A stretch of DNA of 64,000 nucleotides from Eledone cirrhosa (taxonomy: Eukaryota): the NCBI GenBank assembly GCA_964016885.1, contig OZ024751.1, positions 19,034,001-19,098,000 of the forward strand. Reading direction: 5' to 3'. The position numbers and the translations under genes were made by a program. The first letter of the stretch is position 1, and each line of letters opens with the position of its first letter. The notes beneath the pieces were generated by a model. The model saw nothing but the letters and a program-made list of their open reading frames with translations. It was not told the origin of the DNA and made no database searches. This document shows, piece after piece, positions 43,176 through 56,416 of the stretch.

Positions 43176-43236
43176 TATTTTATCTGATGAGAGTGTACCA
43201 AAGGTTTGGTACCCTTGAAATATATATAATAGAATA
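43176..43236 (+). ncRNA. Minimal type I hammerhead ribozyme motif
   Basis: TATTTTAT-CTGATGA-GAGTGTACCAAA/TTTGGTACCCTT-GAAA-TATATA-TA-ATAGAATA. Confidence 0.75.
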
Positions 43237-43358
43237 AATATGGTTTTATAAATATAGTTTCCATTTATTTAATATCATTGATATAAATATATATATAATA
43301 GAATAAATATGGTTTTATAAATATAGTTTCCATTTATTTAATATCATTGATTGATATA

Positions 43359-43434
<76 letters not shown>

Positions 43435-43772
43435 GACGACAACGAAAACGACGACGACGACGGCAACAATAAAAAACAAAAACAATTTGTTTTGATAATT
43501 GTCAGATGGGATTTGAATGAAATTTGACTGGCGTTTCGAGTAAATCAAGCTTAAGCGAGTATGTAGAGGCCCCAACATGTTTTGCACTGATTCCAGAAAT
43601 ACCAGACACACCAGGGAGAATACCAACAGAATAAAATGCGATTTTGTAACGTTTATTTCTGACTTTTTATTAGACTAGACAATCTGAGAAATAAAATAAT
43701 TCCCCACCCACCAAAAAACGTTAAATAAATATAAAAAAAAAGCTTTAAAATCAACAATAATGTAAACCGTAT

Positions 43773-43803
<31 letters not shown>

Positions 43804-43959
43804 AACAACAATAACAGCAACAATTATATTGGGTCGTCAAGTATGATATTTGTAGAAATTTGTTTTTTTTACAAATTTGTACAAATTTCATACTTGATGA
43901 CTCAATAGAAAAAAGCAAAAAAAGAAAAACCTGGAACATACACGGACACACGCACATGA

Positions 43960-44578
43960 AAATAAACATACTTAGATATACCGTGTCACACACACACACA
44001 CACACACATGACCATAAACATACTTAGATATACCGTGCCACACACACACACACACATGACCATAAACATACTTAGATATACCGTGTCACACACACGCACA
44101 TGACCATACACATACTTAGATATACCGTGTCACACACACGCACATGACCATACACATACTTAGATATACCGTGTCACACACACACACACGTGACCATAAA
44201 CATACTTTGATATACAGTGTCACACACACACACACACACATGACCATAAACATACTTAGATATACCGTGTCACACACACACACACACATGACCATAAACA
44301 TACTTAGATATACCGTGTCACACACACACATGACCATAAACATACTTAGATATACCGTGTCACACACACACACACATGACCATAAACATACTCTGATATA
44401 CCGTGTCACACACACACACACATGACCATAAGATTACTTAGATATACCGTGTCACACACATGACCATAAACATACTTTGATATACCGTGTCACACACACA
44501 CACACATGACCATAAACATACTTTGATATACCGTGTCACACACACACACACATGACCATAAACATACTTTGATATACA
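43960..44578. repeat. Minisatellite of CATGACCATAAACATACTTAGATATACCGTGT plus variable (CA)n
   Basis: About 13 tandem units. Confidence 0.9.
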
Positions 44579-44892
44579 GAAGCACAAGGAAATACACACG
44601 TAAACACAGACCAAATCACGCAGATACCAACTGATAAAAACAAGAATACGCACATGCACACAAATGTCACAGACACACACACACAGACACACTCACACAT
44701 ACACACACACACATATACACATCTAGATAAACAGTCTCTGAATGATAGACATATGCACAGATATTCTGACAGCCTAATATACACATACACCCATACACAC
44801 ACACATGTGCACGCTAACAAACACACATTCATGTTTACATATATATCTAGAGAAATTACCACATAATCATATATATGCACACTCTTTCTGAC

Positions 44893-44955
<63 letters not shown>

Positions 44956-44956
44956 T

Positions 44957-45014
<58 letters not shown>

Positions 45015-45046
45015 GCATATATATATATATATTCCGAGAGAGAAAA

Positions 45047-45128
45047 GCCTTCTGACGAGGATCTCTTTCTCAATGGAAATCCGCTTGGATTATCTATTTG
45101 TTTTGGGATCTGAAACCGTGGTAAAGGC
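45047..45128 (+). ncRNA. Hammerhead motif with extended stem II loop
   Basis: GCCTT-CTGACGA-GGATCTC...GGGATCT-GAAA-CCGTGG-TA-AAGGC; GUA triplet. Confidence 0.8.
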
Positions 45129-45200
45129 ACATATAGTAAGTACAGTGAATTTTTTGAAATTTATTTTAAAATTGTTTCTTTATTTGCTTTTCCTTGATTT

Positions 45201-45280
<80 letters not shown>

Positions 45281-45514
45281 ATATATATCTTTATATATTA
45301 ATAATAAATGAGAAGACTAAAATCCGAAGAGGGCTCGATAGACACACGTGTGTCTGAGTGTGTGTATGTATGTATGTGTGTGAGTGTACGTGTGTGGGTG
45401 GGTATATCGGTCAGTCAGAATGCGTGTACTTATGTCTAGTTGGATGGTAGTCTCTGTAGATGTGTATATATGTATGTGTGTAAGTCTGGTGTGAGATTAA
45501 ACTTTAATCTGTTC

Positions 45515-45579
<65 letters not shown>

Positions 45580-45583
<4 letters not shown>

Positions 45584-45780
45584 ATAATAATAAATGTGAA
45601 AATCGAAAGAGGGCTCGATAAGGATAAATATATATCAAATATATAAGAACCCTAGCGCAATTATTTATTAAACTAACAGATTAAAAATTAAGCAAAGAAT
45701 CGCTGCTTTTACCCTTAACGTTAAGGGTGAAAGCAACGATTCTTGGCTTAAACTTTAATCTGTTATTTTAATAAATAAAT
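45580..45780. mobile_element. Family C element with fold-back palindrome
   Basis: Palindrome 45661-45780 centred on ACCCTTAAC|GTTAAGGGT, with TA tracts on both sides. Confidence 0.75.
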
Positions 45781-46289
45781 ATATATATATGTATATATAT
45801 CATAAAACATGTCTATAGAATCACAAGATAAAATATATACTATTTCCTCTCCTAATTAGCATAATTAACCATATAAAAAATCGAATAGACCAGGCTATAA
45901 GAATGAGGCTTCTATGAAGAAATCTCCGACAAATAACCGAAACTAGCGCTTGGCGTCGGCCGTAGCGGAATATTTATCGAATATTTCGACAGCGTAATCG
46001 CCCAGATACAGTCAACTAAACAGAATTAGGTGTAAAATAAACTAGGAGAAAATAGAATACATTTAAATACCTATATGTATATATATATATTTACTTGATA
46101 CTTGCTCCATGTGTTCTCTCTGCTGTCGAGCACCATAAATTGAACGGTATAGGCTGCCATTTCTAGCAGCTTGATCTGTTCATATCACCAGTCACTACCA
46201 CGTGCATGTATTTCCCTTCTCTTTACACGTGCGACAGGTTATTTACTATAGTTCTCTCTTTAGTAGTGCGGACAATATCGGTCTTTGCA

Positions 46290-46350
46290 CATGCTGATGA
46301 CCCACTAAGCCGAATTGGAACCCACTATATGGCGAAACAATCGCCCAGGA
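46290..46350 (+). ncRNA. Degenerate hammerhead motif
   Basis: TG-CTGATGA-CCCA...TGGC-GAAA-CAATCG-CC-CA; the triplet is mutated and the stems are weak. Confidence 0.3.
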
Positions 46351-46380
46351 ATTCTCATTTTAATTTATACTTTTAATTAT

Positions 46381-46530
46381 AATTGTTTCTACGTTAGGCA
46401 CAAGGCCAGCAATTACCCAGTGTATTACTGGTACTTTATTTTATCGACCCCGTAAGGATGAAAGGCAAAGTCAACCTCGGCGGGATTTGAACTCAGATCG
46501 TAAAGGGACGTAACTATGCTGGAAAGCATG
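46381..46530 (-). mobile_element. 5'-truncated family A SINE
   Basis: Near-identical reverse complement of 46962-47110. Confidence 0.9.
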
Positions 46531-46729
46531 AATGTTTTTCCTATACCTCTCTTAGCTTATATTCTCTTCACGCTGGTGGTTTAACATCCTGTAAATGAAA
46601 AAACACACTGTCCTGTTCTTTTCCCCCTCTATATATTGAATATATATATATATATGTGTGTGTGTGTATGTGTTTATGTGTGTGTGTGTGTGTGTATGTA
46701 TGTATATATATATATATGTATATATGTAA

Positions 46730-47188
46730 CGGCATTCTTCTAGGAGAAGGCAACTCAGGAAACTGGGATAACTCCGACATAAAACCTGCGGCTCAGTAGT
46801 TACCGATGACGACGGCTTACAGCTACTGTCGCTCAGAGAGTGGGATTGGCTCAGTGCACAGCTTTTCCTCACTTTAAAGAAAATCTTCACGCACAGGCAT
46901 TGCACGGTGGCATTAATTGATAAGGGCGGTGGATTGGCAGTATCGGTAGAGGGTCGGACGCCATGCTTTCCAGCATAGTTACGTCCCTTTACGATCTGAG
47001 TTCAAATCCCGCCGAGGTTGACTTTGCCTTTCATCCTTACGGGGTCGATAAAATAAAGTACCAGTAATGCACTGGGTAATTGCTGGCCTTGTGCCAAAAG
47101 TAGAAACAATTAATTGATAATTATTCATAATGCTATATCGTGCAATGGCCATACTCGATAACCGATAACGAGGGGGCAGCCATCATAT
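46730..47188 (+). mobile_element. Short non-autonomous RTE-derived element, interrupted by a SINE
   Basis: An uninterrupted copy lies at 59340-59611 on the opposite strand. The head CTAGGAGAAGGCAACTC resembles RTE 5' UTRs, and the tail CTCGATAACGAGGGGGCAGCCATCAT also occurs at 26945-26985. Confidence 0.6.
46924..47108 (+). mobile_element. Full-length family A SINE with TSD
   Basis: Flanked by ATTAATTGATAA at 46912-46923 and 47109-47120. Confidence 0.92.
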
Positions 47189-47202
47189 ATGTATGAACGC
47201 AT

Positions 47203-47239
<37 letters not shown>

Positions 47240-47265
47240 CATATATATAAACACACACATACAGG

Positions 47266-47320
<55 letters not shown>

Positions 47321-47983
47321 ACAAACGCACTCACAAACTCACACAACAGACTCTAATATTTGAACAATACTGCTATATATTGGAAGTGTTATCTTTACGT
47401 CTAATGTACTCTTGTGGTTTGGTTGCTAAGTGCCATTCTAAGATGGCGGTCTGATGTTTGTAAGTGTGTGACGACGAGTCTGCAATATACTGTATCATGC
47501 TGAGACGATTTAGGCGGCAATTGATGAGAAACATAGGAGAAATTAATTAGAAATTGTGGCTATTTGCAAAGGCTATTAGCTGTGGCTATTTGCTGTGGCT
47601 TATTAGCTGTGGCTGTGAGCTGTAAGCTGTGTTTATATTCTGTAAGATATTAGCTATGTCCATTGACTGCTTCTTTGTAGTATGTTCTACATACAGCGAC
47701 CAAATATTATGTCATTGCTTGACGTATCATTATTATATGTACAATTATTAATTTCACTTTAAGACGGCCATGTTCAAGAAGCAATGAGAACAGTGATGAA
47801 GTAGAAAGAACGGAAGAGTGAGAGAGTGAGGGACAGAGTGAGAGAGAAGAGAGAGAGGTGGAGAAAGGAGAGAGGGTGAAAGCAGGGTGAAAAAAATGTA
47901 AGATCGACAAGAACAGAGGGAAAGACGAAGCAGAGAATGTGTTTGCTTGAAAGAGAGAGAGTGACAGAGAGAGAGAGAGAGAG

Positions 47984-48042
<59 letters not shown>

Positions 48043-48263
48043 CAGAGAGAGAGAGAGAGAGAGAGAGAGATGGGGGGGGGGGGGAGAGAGAGAAAGGGGG
48101 ACAGAGAGAGGTGGATAGAAAGCAAGATGGAGGAAAGGGAAAACGAATGATACGATATTTTCTTATAATTTTAACACATTTTTTTAGAAATAGCTTCGAA
48201 GGTTACATGTTTCAAACAAGCCAATCCCTGTTGAACTATATATACGATTATTAGATACAAGTA

Positions 48264-48482
48264 GGCGGTGGATTGGCAGTATCGATAGAGCGTCGGACAC
48301 CATGCTTTGCATCACAGAGATACGTCCCTTTACGGTCTTAGTTCAAATCCCGCCGAGGTTAATTTTGCCTTTCATCCTTGCGGAGTCGATAAAATAAGTA
48401 CCAGTCACGCACTGGGGTCGATTTAATCGACTTTCCTCTCCTCCAAAATTTCTGGCTCTGTGCCTATATGAGAAACTATTAT
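48264..48482 (+). mobile_element. Family A SINE (longer subfamily)
   Basis: Same head and central domain plus a GGGGTCGATTTAATCGACT segment. Confidence 0.85.
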
Positions 48483-48607
48483 TAGAGACAAGTGTGTGTG
48501 TGTGTCTGTACAACCAGAGTGGAGCCAACACCACGAAGGATATTTTTGTTCGAACGTCTCACTCAATCGATTTTATCATTGATATATAAGTATGGACCCT
48601 TAATTCC

Positions 48608-49260
48608 TGAAGGAATTATAACGGCGACGACGCGACATCCATGAAGGAATTATAACGGCGACGACGCGACATCCATGAAGGAATTATAACGGCAACGACG
48701 CGACATCCATGAAGGAATTATAACGGCGACGACGCGACATCCATGAAGGAATTATAACGGCGACGACGCGACATCCATGAAGGAATTATAACGGCGACGA
48801 CGCGACATCCATGAAGGAATTATAACGGCGACGACGCGACACCCAGTGTCTTGGGTGTTTCAAATCTGGCAGATTTTATCCCTTCCTGAAGGAATTATAA
48901 CGGCGACGACGCGACACCCATGAAGGAATTATAACGGCGAAGACGCGACACCCATGAAGGAATTATAACGGCGACGACGCGACATCCATGAAGGAATTAT
49001 AACGGCGACGACGCGACACCCATGAAGGAATTATAACGGCGACGACGCGACATCCATGAAGGAATTATAACGGCGACGACGTGACATCCATGAAGGAATT
49101 ATAACGGCGACGACGCGACACCCATGAAGGAATTATAACGGCGACGACGCGACACCCATGAAGGAATTATAACGGCGACGACGCGACATCCATGAAGGAA
49201 TTATAACGGCGACGATGCGACATCCATGAAGGAATCATAACGGCGACGACGCGACACCCA
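48608..49260. repeat. CpG-rich 34-bp minisatellite (7 + 11 units)
   Basis: Unit TGAAGGAATTATAACGGCGACGACGCGACA(T/C)CCA. The 41-bp interruption at 48846-48886 repeats the right flank. Confidence 0.95.
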
Positions 49261-49409
49261 GTGTGTCTTGGGTGTTTCAAATCTGGCAGATTTTATCCCT
49301 CTCTGAACACAGCCGATTTCTTCCAGAGAAGGAAAGAGACGGACACACAAAGAGAGTTGGGTGGAAGTGAGAAAGAGATGGAGAAGAAGAATCCACTATT
49401 GGACTGTTA

Positions 49410-49543
49410 CATTTTTTTTTATCGACCTCGAAAGGATGAAAGGCGAAATTGACCTCCGCGGGATTTGAACTCAGAACGTCAAGAGCTATAACTAAATATC
49501 ACAAAAACATTTTGTCTGACGCTCTACCAATTCTGTCCATCCA
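49410..49543 (-). mobile_element. Degenerate family A SINE
   Basis: TTTATCGACC...AGGATGAAAGGCGAAATTGACCTC...GGGATTTGAACTCAG. Confidence 0.75.
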
Positions 49544-49593
49544 TTCCCAGCCAGTGAAATGTAAGACAACGTCAATCATGATTTGCACACACA

Positions 49594-49930
49594 GTGGTGG
49601 TGGTGGTAGAGGTAGTGTTGGTGGTGGTAGAGGTAGTTCTGGTGGTGGTAGAGGTAGTTCTGGTGGTGGTAGAGGTAGTTCTGGTGGTGGTAGAGGTAGT
49701 GTTGGTGGTGGTAGAGGTAGTTCTGGTGGTGGTAGAGGTAGTTCTGGTGGTGGTAGAGGTAGAAGTGGTGTTGGTGGTGGTAGAGATAGTGCTGGTGGTG
49801 GTAGAGACAGAGGTAGTGTTGGTGGTGGTAGAGGTAGTTCTGGTGGTGGTAGAGGTAAAAGTAGTGCTGGTTGTGGTAGAGGTAGGGGTAGTGCTGGCGG
49901 TGGTGGTAGAGATAGTGCTGGTGGTGGTCG
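49594..49930. repeat. 21-bp GGTGGTGGTAGAGGTAGTTCT minisatellite
   Basis: Direct tandem units. Confidence 0.9.
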
Positions 49931-51501
49931 AGGCGGCGCTGTTTCGTGATGGAGGAAGTGATGGGATATAATGGCGATGTTGCAATAGTGAGTTCTGCAT
50001 AACAAGAAGAAAGCTCCCGTCGTGCAACGTTTGCAAGTCGGTTTCGATTTCCGGTGGAGGACATTTCGTTTCAAATGCGCCATCTTGTATCCCCGAGGAA
50101 ATCTATCTATCGATACCATAACATGTAATTTTCATTTCCTTATGAATTTTGGGAAGAGGCTACGTAATGTTAGCCCTTTGCCCATACCAACCTCACTGCC
50201 ACCATCGCCATCAAACATCATCATCATCATCATCATCATCACCACTGCCACCATCATCATCACCATCGTCGTTATCATTATTATCATCTCTTTTCAAGAC
50301 TGATGGCTAACATCTAAGAAATTAATAAAAGATATAAGAAATTATCACCATCATCATCATAATAATAATAATAATCACCCTCATTGGCCTCCGCCATCAC
50401 CATCATCGTTAACGTCACCGCCACAACAACCACCACCACCATCATCATCCTCATCATTATTATTAGCATTCACCATCATCATCGTTATCATACCACCACC
50501 ACCACCACCATCATCATCACCATCATCATCATCACCATCATCATTGTCACCACCATCATCATCACCATCATCAACAACATACCATCATCATCATCATCAT
50601 CATCATCATCACCATCAACAACATATCACCATCGTCATCATCGTCATCACCATCATCATCATCACCACCATCACCATCATCACCATCATCATCATCAACA
50701 TATCACCATCGTCACCGCCATCACTATCACCACCATTCTCCTCGTCATCAACATCATCATCATCATCATCATCACCGCCATCACCATCATCACCATCACC
50801 ATCATCATCATCAACATATCACCATCGTCACCGCCATCACTATCACCACCATTCTCCTCGTCATCACCATCATCACCATCATCATCATCAACAACATATC
50901 AACATCATCATTATCATCATTATTATATTTTAAATGTTTATTGTCTCATTCATTGTAATTGTTATTGTTATTTTATCAATTTTTAACATTTAAAAAGAAA
51001 AATTGCTTTTTTTTTGTTTTCGTTCGTTTACTGTTATGTTTTTTTTTTGTTGTTTTTTTGCCATTGTTAGTTTTTGGTGATGTTCTTCTAGCAATCTCAA
51101 GTTGTAGTTGTTTCATGTATATTCGTGACCTCTTCAAACATTTTAATAAATTTGTTGTTTCTGTTCTGTTCAGTTAAATTTCACTTTCAATAAACACCCC
51201 TGCTCTCCACACACACACACATACAAAAAAAAAAAACGGTTAAAAAGTAAATTAGATTTATTATGACAAAATTACAAAATGGTTGCCAATAAATAATTAA
51301 CTTCCGGTCTCTCAAAGTTTCCCTTTGATGAATTTCAATTGTTACATACGAAGCAGTAGAAAGAAAAACGCTGTACTGCGCAACGAAATAGCAGGGAAAA
51401 CCGAGAAAGGAGATAGAAAAATGGAAGCAAATTGAAAAACCTAAAACGTTTTACATGAGAAAATAATTATATGTTGTTGTTGCTGATATTATTATTATTA
51501 C

Positions 51502-51550
<49 letters not shown>

Positions 51551-51738
51551 GGGCGGTAAATTGGCAGTATCGGTAGAGGGTGGGACGCCATGCTTTGATG
51601 CATAGAGTTACGGCTCTTGCCATTCTGAGTTCAAATTCCGCCTAGGTTAACTTTGCCTTTCATCCTTACGGGGTCGATAAAATAAAGTACCAGTAATGCA
51701 CTGGGGTATTTGCTGGCCTTGTGCCAAAAGTAGAAACA

Positions 51739-51741
<3 letters not shown>
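51551..51741 (+). mobile_element. Full-length family A SINE within (ATT)n
   Basis: Head, central domain and tail are all present. Confidence 0.9.
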
Positions 51742-51807
<66 letters not shown>

Positions 51808-51809
51808 CT

Positions 51810-51955
51810 TTGAGTCTCAGTCATTGATGTTATTTAACTGGAAAGTTTGTTGAAATGAATATCAAGCCACTACCTGCAGCCTCAGATATTCAGGACGTAT
51901 CGGAGGGTTCTTGCTGTTCCCAGCAAGCATGCCTTTTGAAGTGTTCCAAAAAGCG
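51810..51955 (-). mobile_element. Dong/R4-type LINE 3' fragment
   Basis: Minus strand encodes QKACLLGTARTLRYVLNI*, resembling the R4 C-terminal QK..LLGTARILR.VL. It is followed by (CAA)n/(TAA)n. Confidence 0.65.
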
Positions 51956-52703
51956 GGGCTGGACTAATCTTCTTTCTGCTGTTGTTATTGCTCTTCATGT
52001 TCATGATGATGATGATGATAACGATGATGATGATGATAATGTCTATGTTATTGCAGTCGTTGTTGTTGAATGATGATGATGAAGACCAATAACGATGATG
52101 ATGGTGGTGGTGGTGGTGGTGGTGCTGGTGGTGGTTATGGCGGTGACGATAACGATGATGGGGGGGGCTATGATGATGATGATAGTGATGGTGATGCCAA
52201 TAAGGGTGATTATGATGATGATGATGATGACTATAACGATGATGATGGTGGTGGTGGTTATGGTGGTGACGATAACGATGATGGCCATGGTTTGGGGGGG
52301 GGGGCTACGTTGATGATGATGATGATGACTATAACGATGATAATATTCATGTTATTGCTGATGTTATTGCTGTAGTCGTTGTTGTTGTGGTCGTCGTTGT
52401 CGTTGTTTTTCTAGCACCATTTAAGACACCAAACGATCAGGTCCATTGCTTGTGTCAACGTCATTGATGTGACACCGGGATCAACCCTGATGGAGCAGCA
52501 GCCATTTTCCTCATGCATCATTGCAGCTATGGTGTAACATCCGGTCAGCCATGATCAGGCAGACATATTGTACTTCCCGCTGAAGTTGAGTTGTGACACA
52601 GACGTAGTTCACAACTATTTCCATTCAGCGTTCTTCTTTGAGATTTCTTTCATATATATTTTTTATTTAAAAAAAAAAAAAAAAAAAGCCGCCATTGTTG
52701 TTG

Positions 52704-52738
<35 letters not shown>

Positions 52739-53443
52739 GTTCTCATCATCATCATCATCATCATATCATCGTCATCATCGGCAGCAGCAGCAGTAGCAGC
52801 AGTATTATAATCATCATCATCACAATCATCATCATCATCATCATCGTCATCGCCACCACCATCATCATAGTCAACATCATCACAATCATCATGATAATTA
52901 TCATCATTATCAACATCATCATTATCATCATCATCATTGTCAACATCAACATAATTTTCATCATCATCGTCATCATTGTCATCATCATCGTAACCATAAT
53001 CATCATCACCGCTGTCATCGTTTGTCGCCATCGATGAACGCTAGCGTCACTGTACACACACAAACACAAACACACAGGCAAACATTTGCACATACACACA
53101 CATATACACACCGACACACATAGACATACACATACACACATACACACACATACACACACATATACACACCGACACACATACACATACACATACACACAAA
53201 CACACACATACACACACATATACACACCGACACACAGACATACACATACACACAAACACACACATGCACACACATATACACACAGACACACATACACATA
53301 CACATACACACAAACACACACATACACTCCCAAACACGTCAACATCCGTCTGGAAGATAATTCAAAGTCAATAAATAAATAAATAAAAATTATAAGCCAA
53401 TTAAATCAAACAAAAAAAGAAATGTCGTCTAAAAGAGACTGCC

Positions 53444-53487
<44 letters not shown>

Positions 53488-53769
53488 GTGGGTGTGTGTA
53501 TGTATGAATATATATATATATGTGTGTGTGTGAGTGGGTGTGTTTGTGTACATACATACATACATACATACATACATACATACACACACACATACATAAA
53601 TACATACATACATGCATGCATGCATGCATACATACATACATACATACATACATACATACATACATACATACATACATACATACATACATACACGGTTACT
53701 GATGCTCCACGCCCGTGCTATGTGAAGTGTGTCGGCGACAGAGAGACAGGGACGGGGGCGGAGATAGAA

Positions 53770-53865
<96 letters not shown>

Positions 53866-54158
53866 AAAGACAGACAGAAAAGAAAGAAAAGAAAGAGGGA
53901 AAGCGAGAGAATTGGGGAGACATTGTTCACTTGAAATGGCGGCTTGTGTTTTGGTGACCATGTGTTGCAAAATTGTGAGCTGTAAGTTGAATGCAAATAA
54001 CGAAACGGCTTTGAAAGGCAAACAATTGTAGGATGGGATAGCAATGAATCCATGCCAACTAGAGTATTGTTTGTGGATGACAAGGAATGTCCTAATATTA
54101 CAGTCTTATTATAGTATACAAGAGTCTATCACTCTCTCTCTTTCTCTCTCTTTCTCTC

Positions 54159-54191
<33 letters not shown>

Positions 54192-54442
54192 TTCTTTCTC
54201 TATGTCTCTCTCTCTTTGACTCTTTCTTTCTCTCTGTTCTCGCTCTGTCTCGCTCTGTCTCGCTCTGTCTCGTTCTGTCTCTCTCTAACCACACACTCAC
54301 TCACCTTATTCATACATGCATATATATATATTCTTATATATATATATATATATATGGGGGGGGGTGCCCTTCCCAAAATAAACTAAAATTAAGAGAAAGA
54401 GAAATCACACACGCACACAACACACAAATATATATATATGTA

Positions 54443-54537
<95 letters not shown>

Positions 54538-54548
54538 ATACATATATA

Positions 54549-54717
54549 GGGGGGGGGTGCTGAAACGTTCCTGAGTTTAGGCAAAAGAAAATACAGTTAT
54601 TTATGATTTTATTCAACAGATTCACATATTGTCGCGATCCTACCTCCACTGTAAAAGTATCGCAAAAGCTTACCCTTTTGCGATACCTTTAAACCCAGGA
54701 ACTTTTCAGCGCCCCCT

Positions 54718-54720
<3 letters not shown>
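54549..54720. mobile_element. Tc1/mariner MITE
   Basis: TIRs GGGGGTGCTGAAACGTTCCTG / CAGGAACTTTTCAGCGCCCCC with TA flanks; internal hairpin GTATCGCAAAAG/CTTTTGCGATAC. Confidence 0.75.
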
Positions 54721-54757
<37 letters not shown>

Positions 54758-54759
<2 letters not shown>

Positions 54760-54860
54760 AATAATAGTAAATTTGAAGACTAAAATCCAAAGAGGGCTCG
54801 ATAAGGATAAATATATATCAAATATATAAGAACCCTAGAGCAAATATTTATTAAAATAAT
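54758..54860 (-). mobile_element. Family C element fragment
   Basis: GAAGACTAAAATCCAAAGAGGGCTCGATAAGG...GAACCCTAGAGC. Confidence 0.7.
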
Positions 54861-54874
54861 ATATATATCAGATA

Positions 54875-55065
54875 GGGTGTGCCAAAAACCAGGTGGACCA
54901 AAACCTGCCAGAGTACTCGATACTTGGGGTAGTAGAGTGGGTAATATGAAAAGATTCAGGACCCCGACGGCTAAGCTCCGGCCGTTTCGACAGCTAGATC
55001 CGAACTCGGAGTTCCGATCTAGCTGTCGAAACGGCCGGAGCTCAGCCGTCGGGGTCCTGAATCTT

Positions 55066-55066
<1 letters not shown>
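54875..55066. mobile_element. Family B element with fold-back inverted repeat
   Basis: Palindrome 54950-55066, each arm carrying GAAA-CGGCCGGAGCT(C/T)AGCCG-TC-GGGGTC. Confidence 0.75.
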
Positions 55067-55121
<55 letters not shown>

Positions 55122-55891
55122 TATGTGTGTGTGTTTTCTTCTTTTCAGCACCACTTACCTCCCTTTCATAGCCTCTCTATTCCGCATTCTTAAATGACAG
55201 AAAATTTGAGAAGGTAATTTTCAGTCTCATCCAACAAGCCACTGACTACTCCATCTTGCCACCACATCAAGTGACAAACTATCGTCACCACCACCTCCAC
55301 ACATACACCCGCACACGTCTTCCCCTGTATCTCTGCCACCCCACCCCCCACATGCACAAACACACGTCTTCCCTTCTACTCCTACCTTCCAACACACTCA
55401 TAAACTTGCACAAACACACAAACACCTTCAAATTCATGTTTCCACTTAAACTTACAGCCACATTGGACTCACATATGCACACACACACACAAGCACCCAC
55501 ACGCGCACACACACACAAACACACAACGACTCACATATGCCCCCCCCCCCACACACACACACAAGGATCCACATGCACACACACACACAACAACATACAT
55601 AAACACACACTCCCGCCTCACGTCAACAGACAAACTTCAAAGTGATATTTGATGTACCCTTATTTCTGATTGACACATCAGTTATAAGGGTGTGTTGGGC
55701 TAAAGGGTGCTTTTCTTTCCTCCCAACCCCACCTTTTATATCTATTTTGTTGCTAATATTTTATCATCATCATCATCATCATCATCACTATCATCATCAT
55801 CACCACCACCACCACCATCACCATCGTCATTGAAGTTTTGGTTTTTTATGTCCAACTATTCACGTATTCGTTCCGTATTTTAATATTTATC

Positions 55892-56000
<109 letters not shown>

Positions 56001-56070
56001 AAAAAGAAATGAAATCGAAAATGCAACTGAAGTCTTATTTTTTTTTTAAAATATATATATTTATTTGGTT

Positions 56071-56108
56071 CCTTTACCGGTTTCGCAGTTCTTCTGCTTT
56101 TCAAAAGG
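56071..56108 (-). ncRNA. Minimal hammerhead with U3-A8 core (minus-strand twin)
   Basis: Exact reverse complement of 56163-56200. Confidence 0.7.
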
Positions 56109-56162
56109 TGAGTTGAGATGGAGGGTCTGTGGTTTTTCTCACAGACCCTCCATCTCAACTCA

Positions 56163-56200
56163 CCTTTTGAAAAGCAGAAGAACTGCGAAACCGGTAAAGG
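56163..56200 (+). ncRNA. Minimal hammerhead with U3-A8 core
   Basis: CCTT-TTGAAAA-GCAG-AAGAA-CTGC-GAAA-CCGG-TA-AAGG. Confidence 0.7.
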
Positions 56201-56333
56201 AACCAAATAAATATATATATATTTTTTTTTAAAATAAGACTTCAGTTGCATTTTCGATTTCATCTCTTTTTCTTTATACTTTCACTCGTGTAGGACACCT
56301 CGGTTATTTTTCATTTTGTAAAAAAAACCTCAC

Positions 56334-56416
<83 letters not shown>

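Noticed and set aside
43960-44578. Repeat/spacer array
   Set aside because: The variable part is only (CA)n length variation.
46924-47010. tRNA genes at SINE heads
   Set aside because: A and B boxes are present but there is no cloverleaf, and they are always fused to the SINE body.
48608-49260. CRISPR array (34-bp repeats)
   Set aside because: Units are contiguous with no unique spacers, there are no cas genes, and the context is eukaryotic.
49449-49949. Gly/Arg-rich (RGG-like) protein
   Set aside because: The ORF starts inside a SINE and the RG repeats come from a 21-bp minisatellite.
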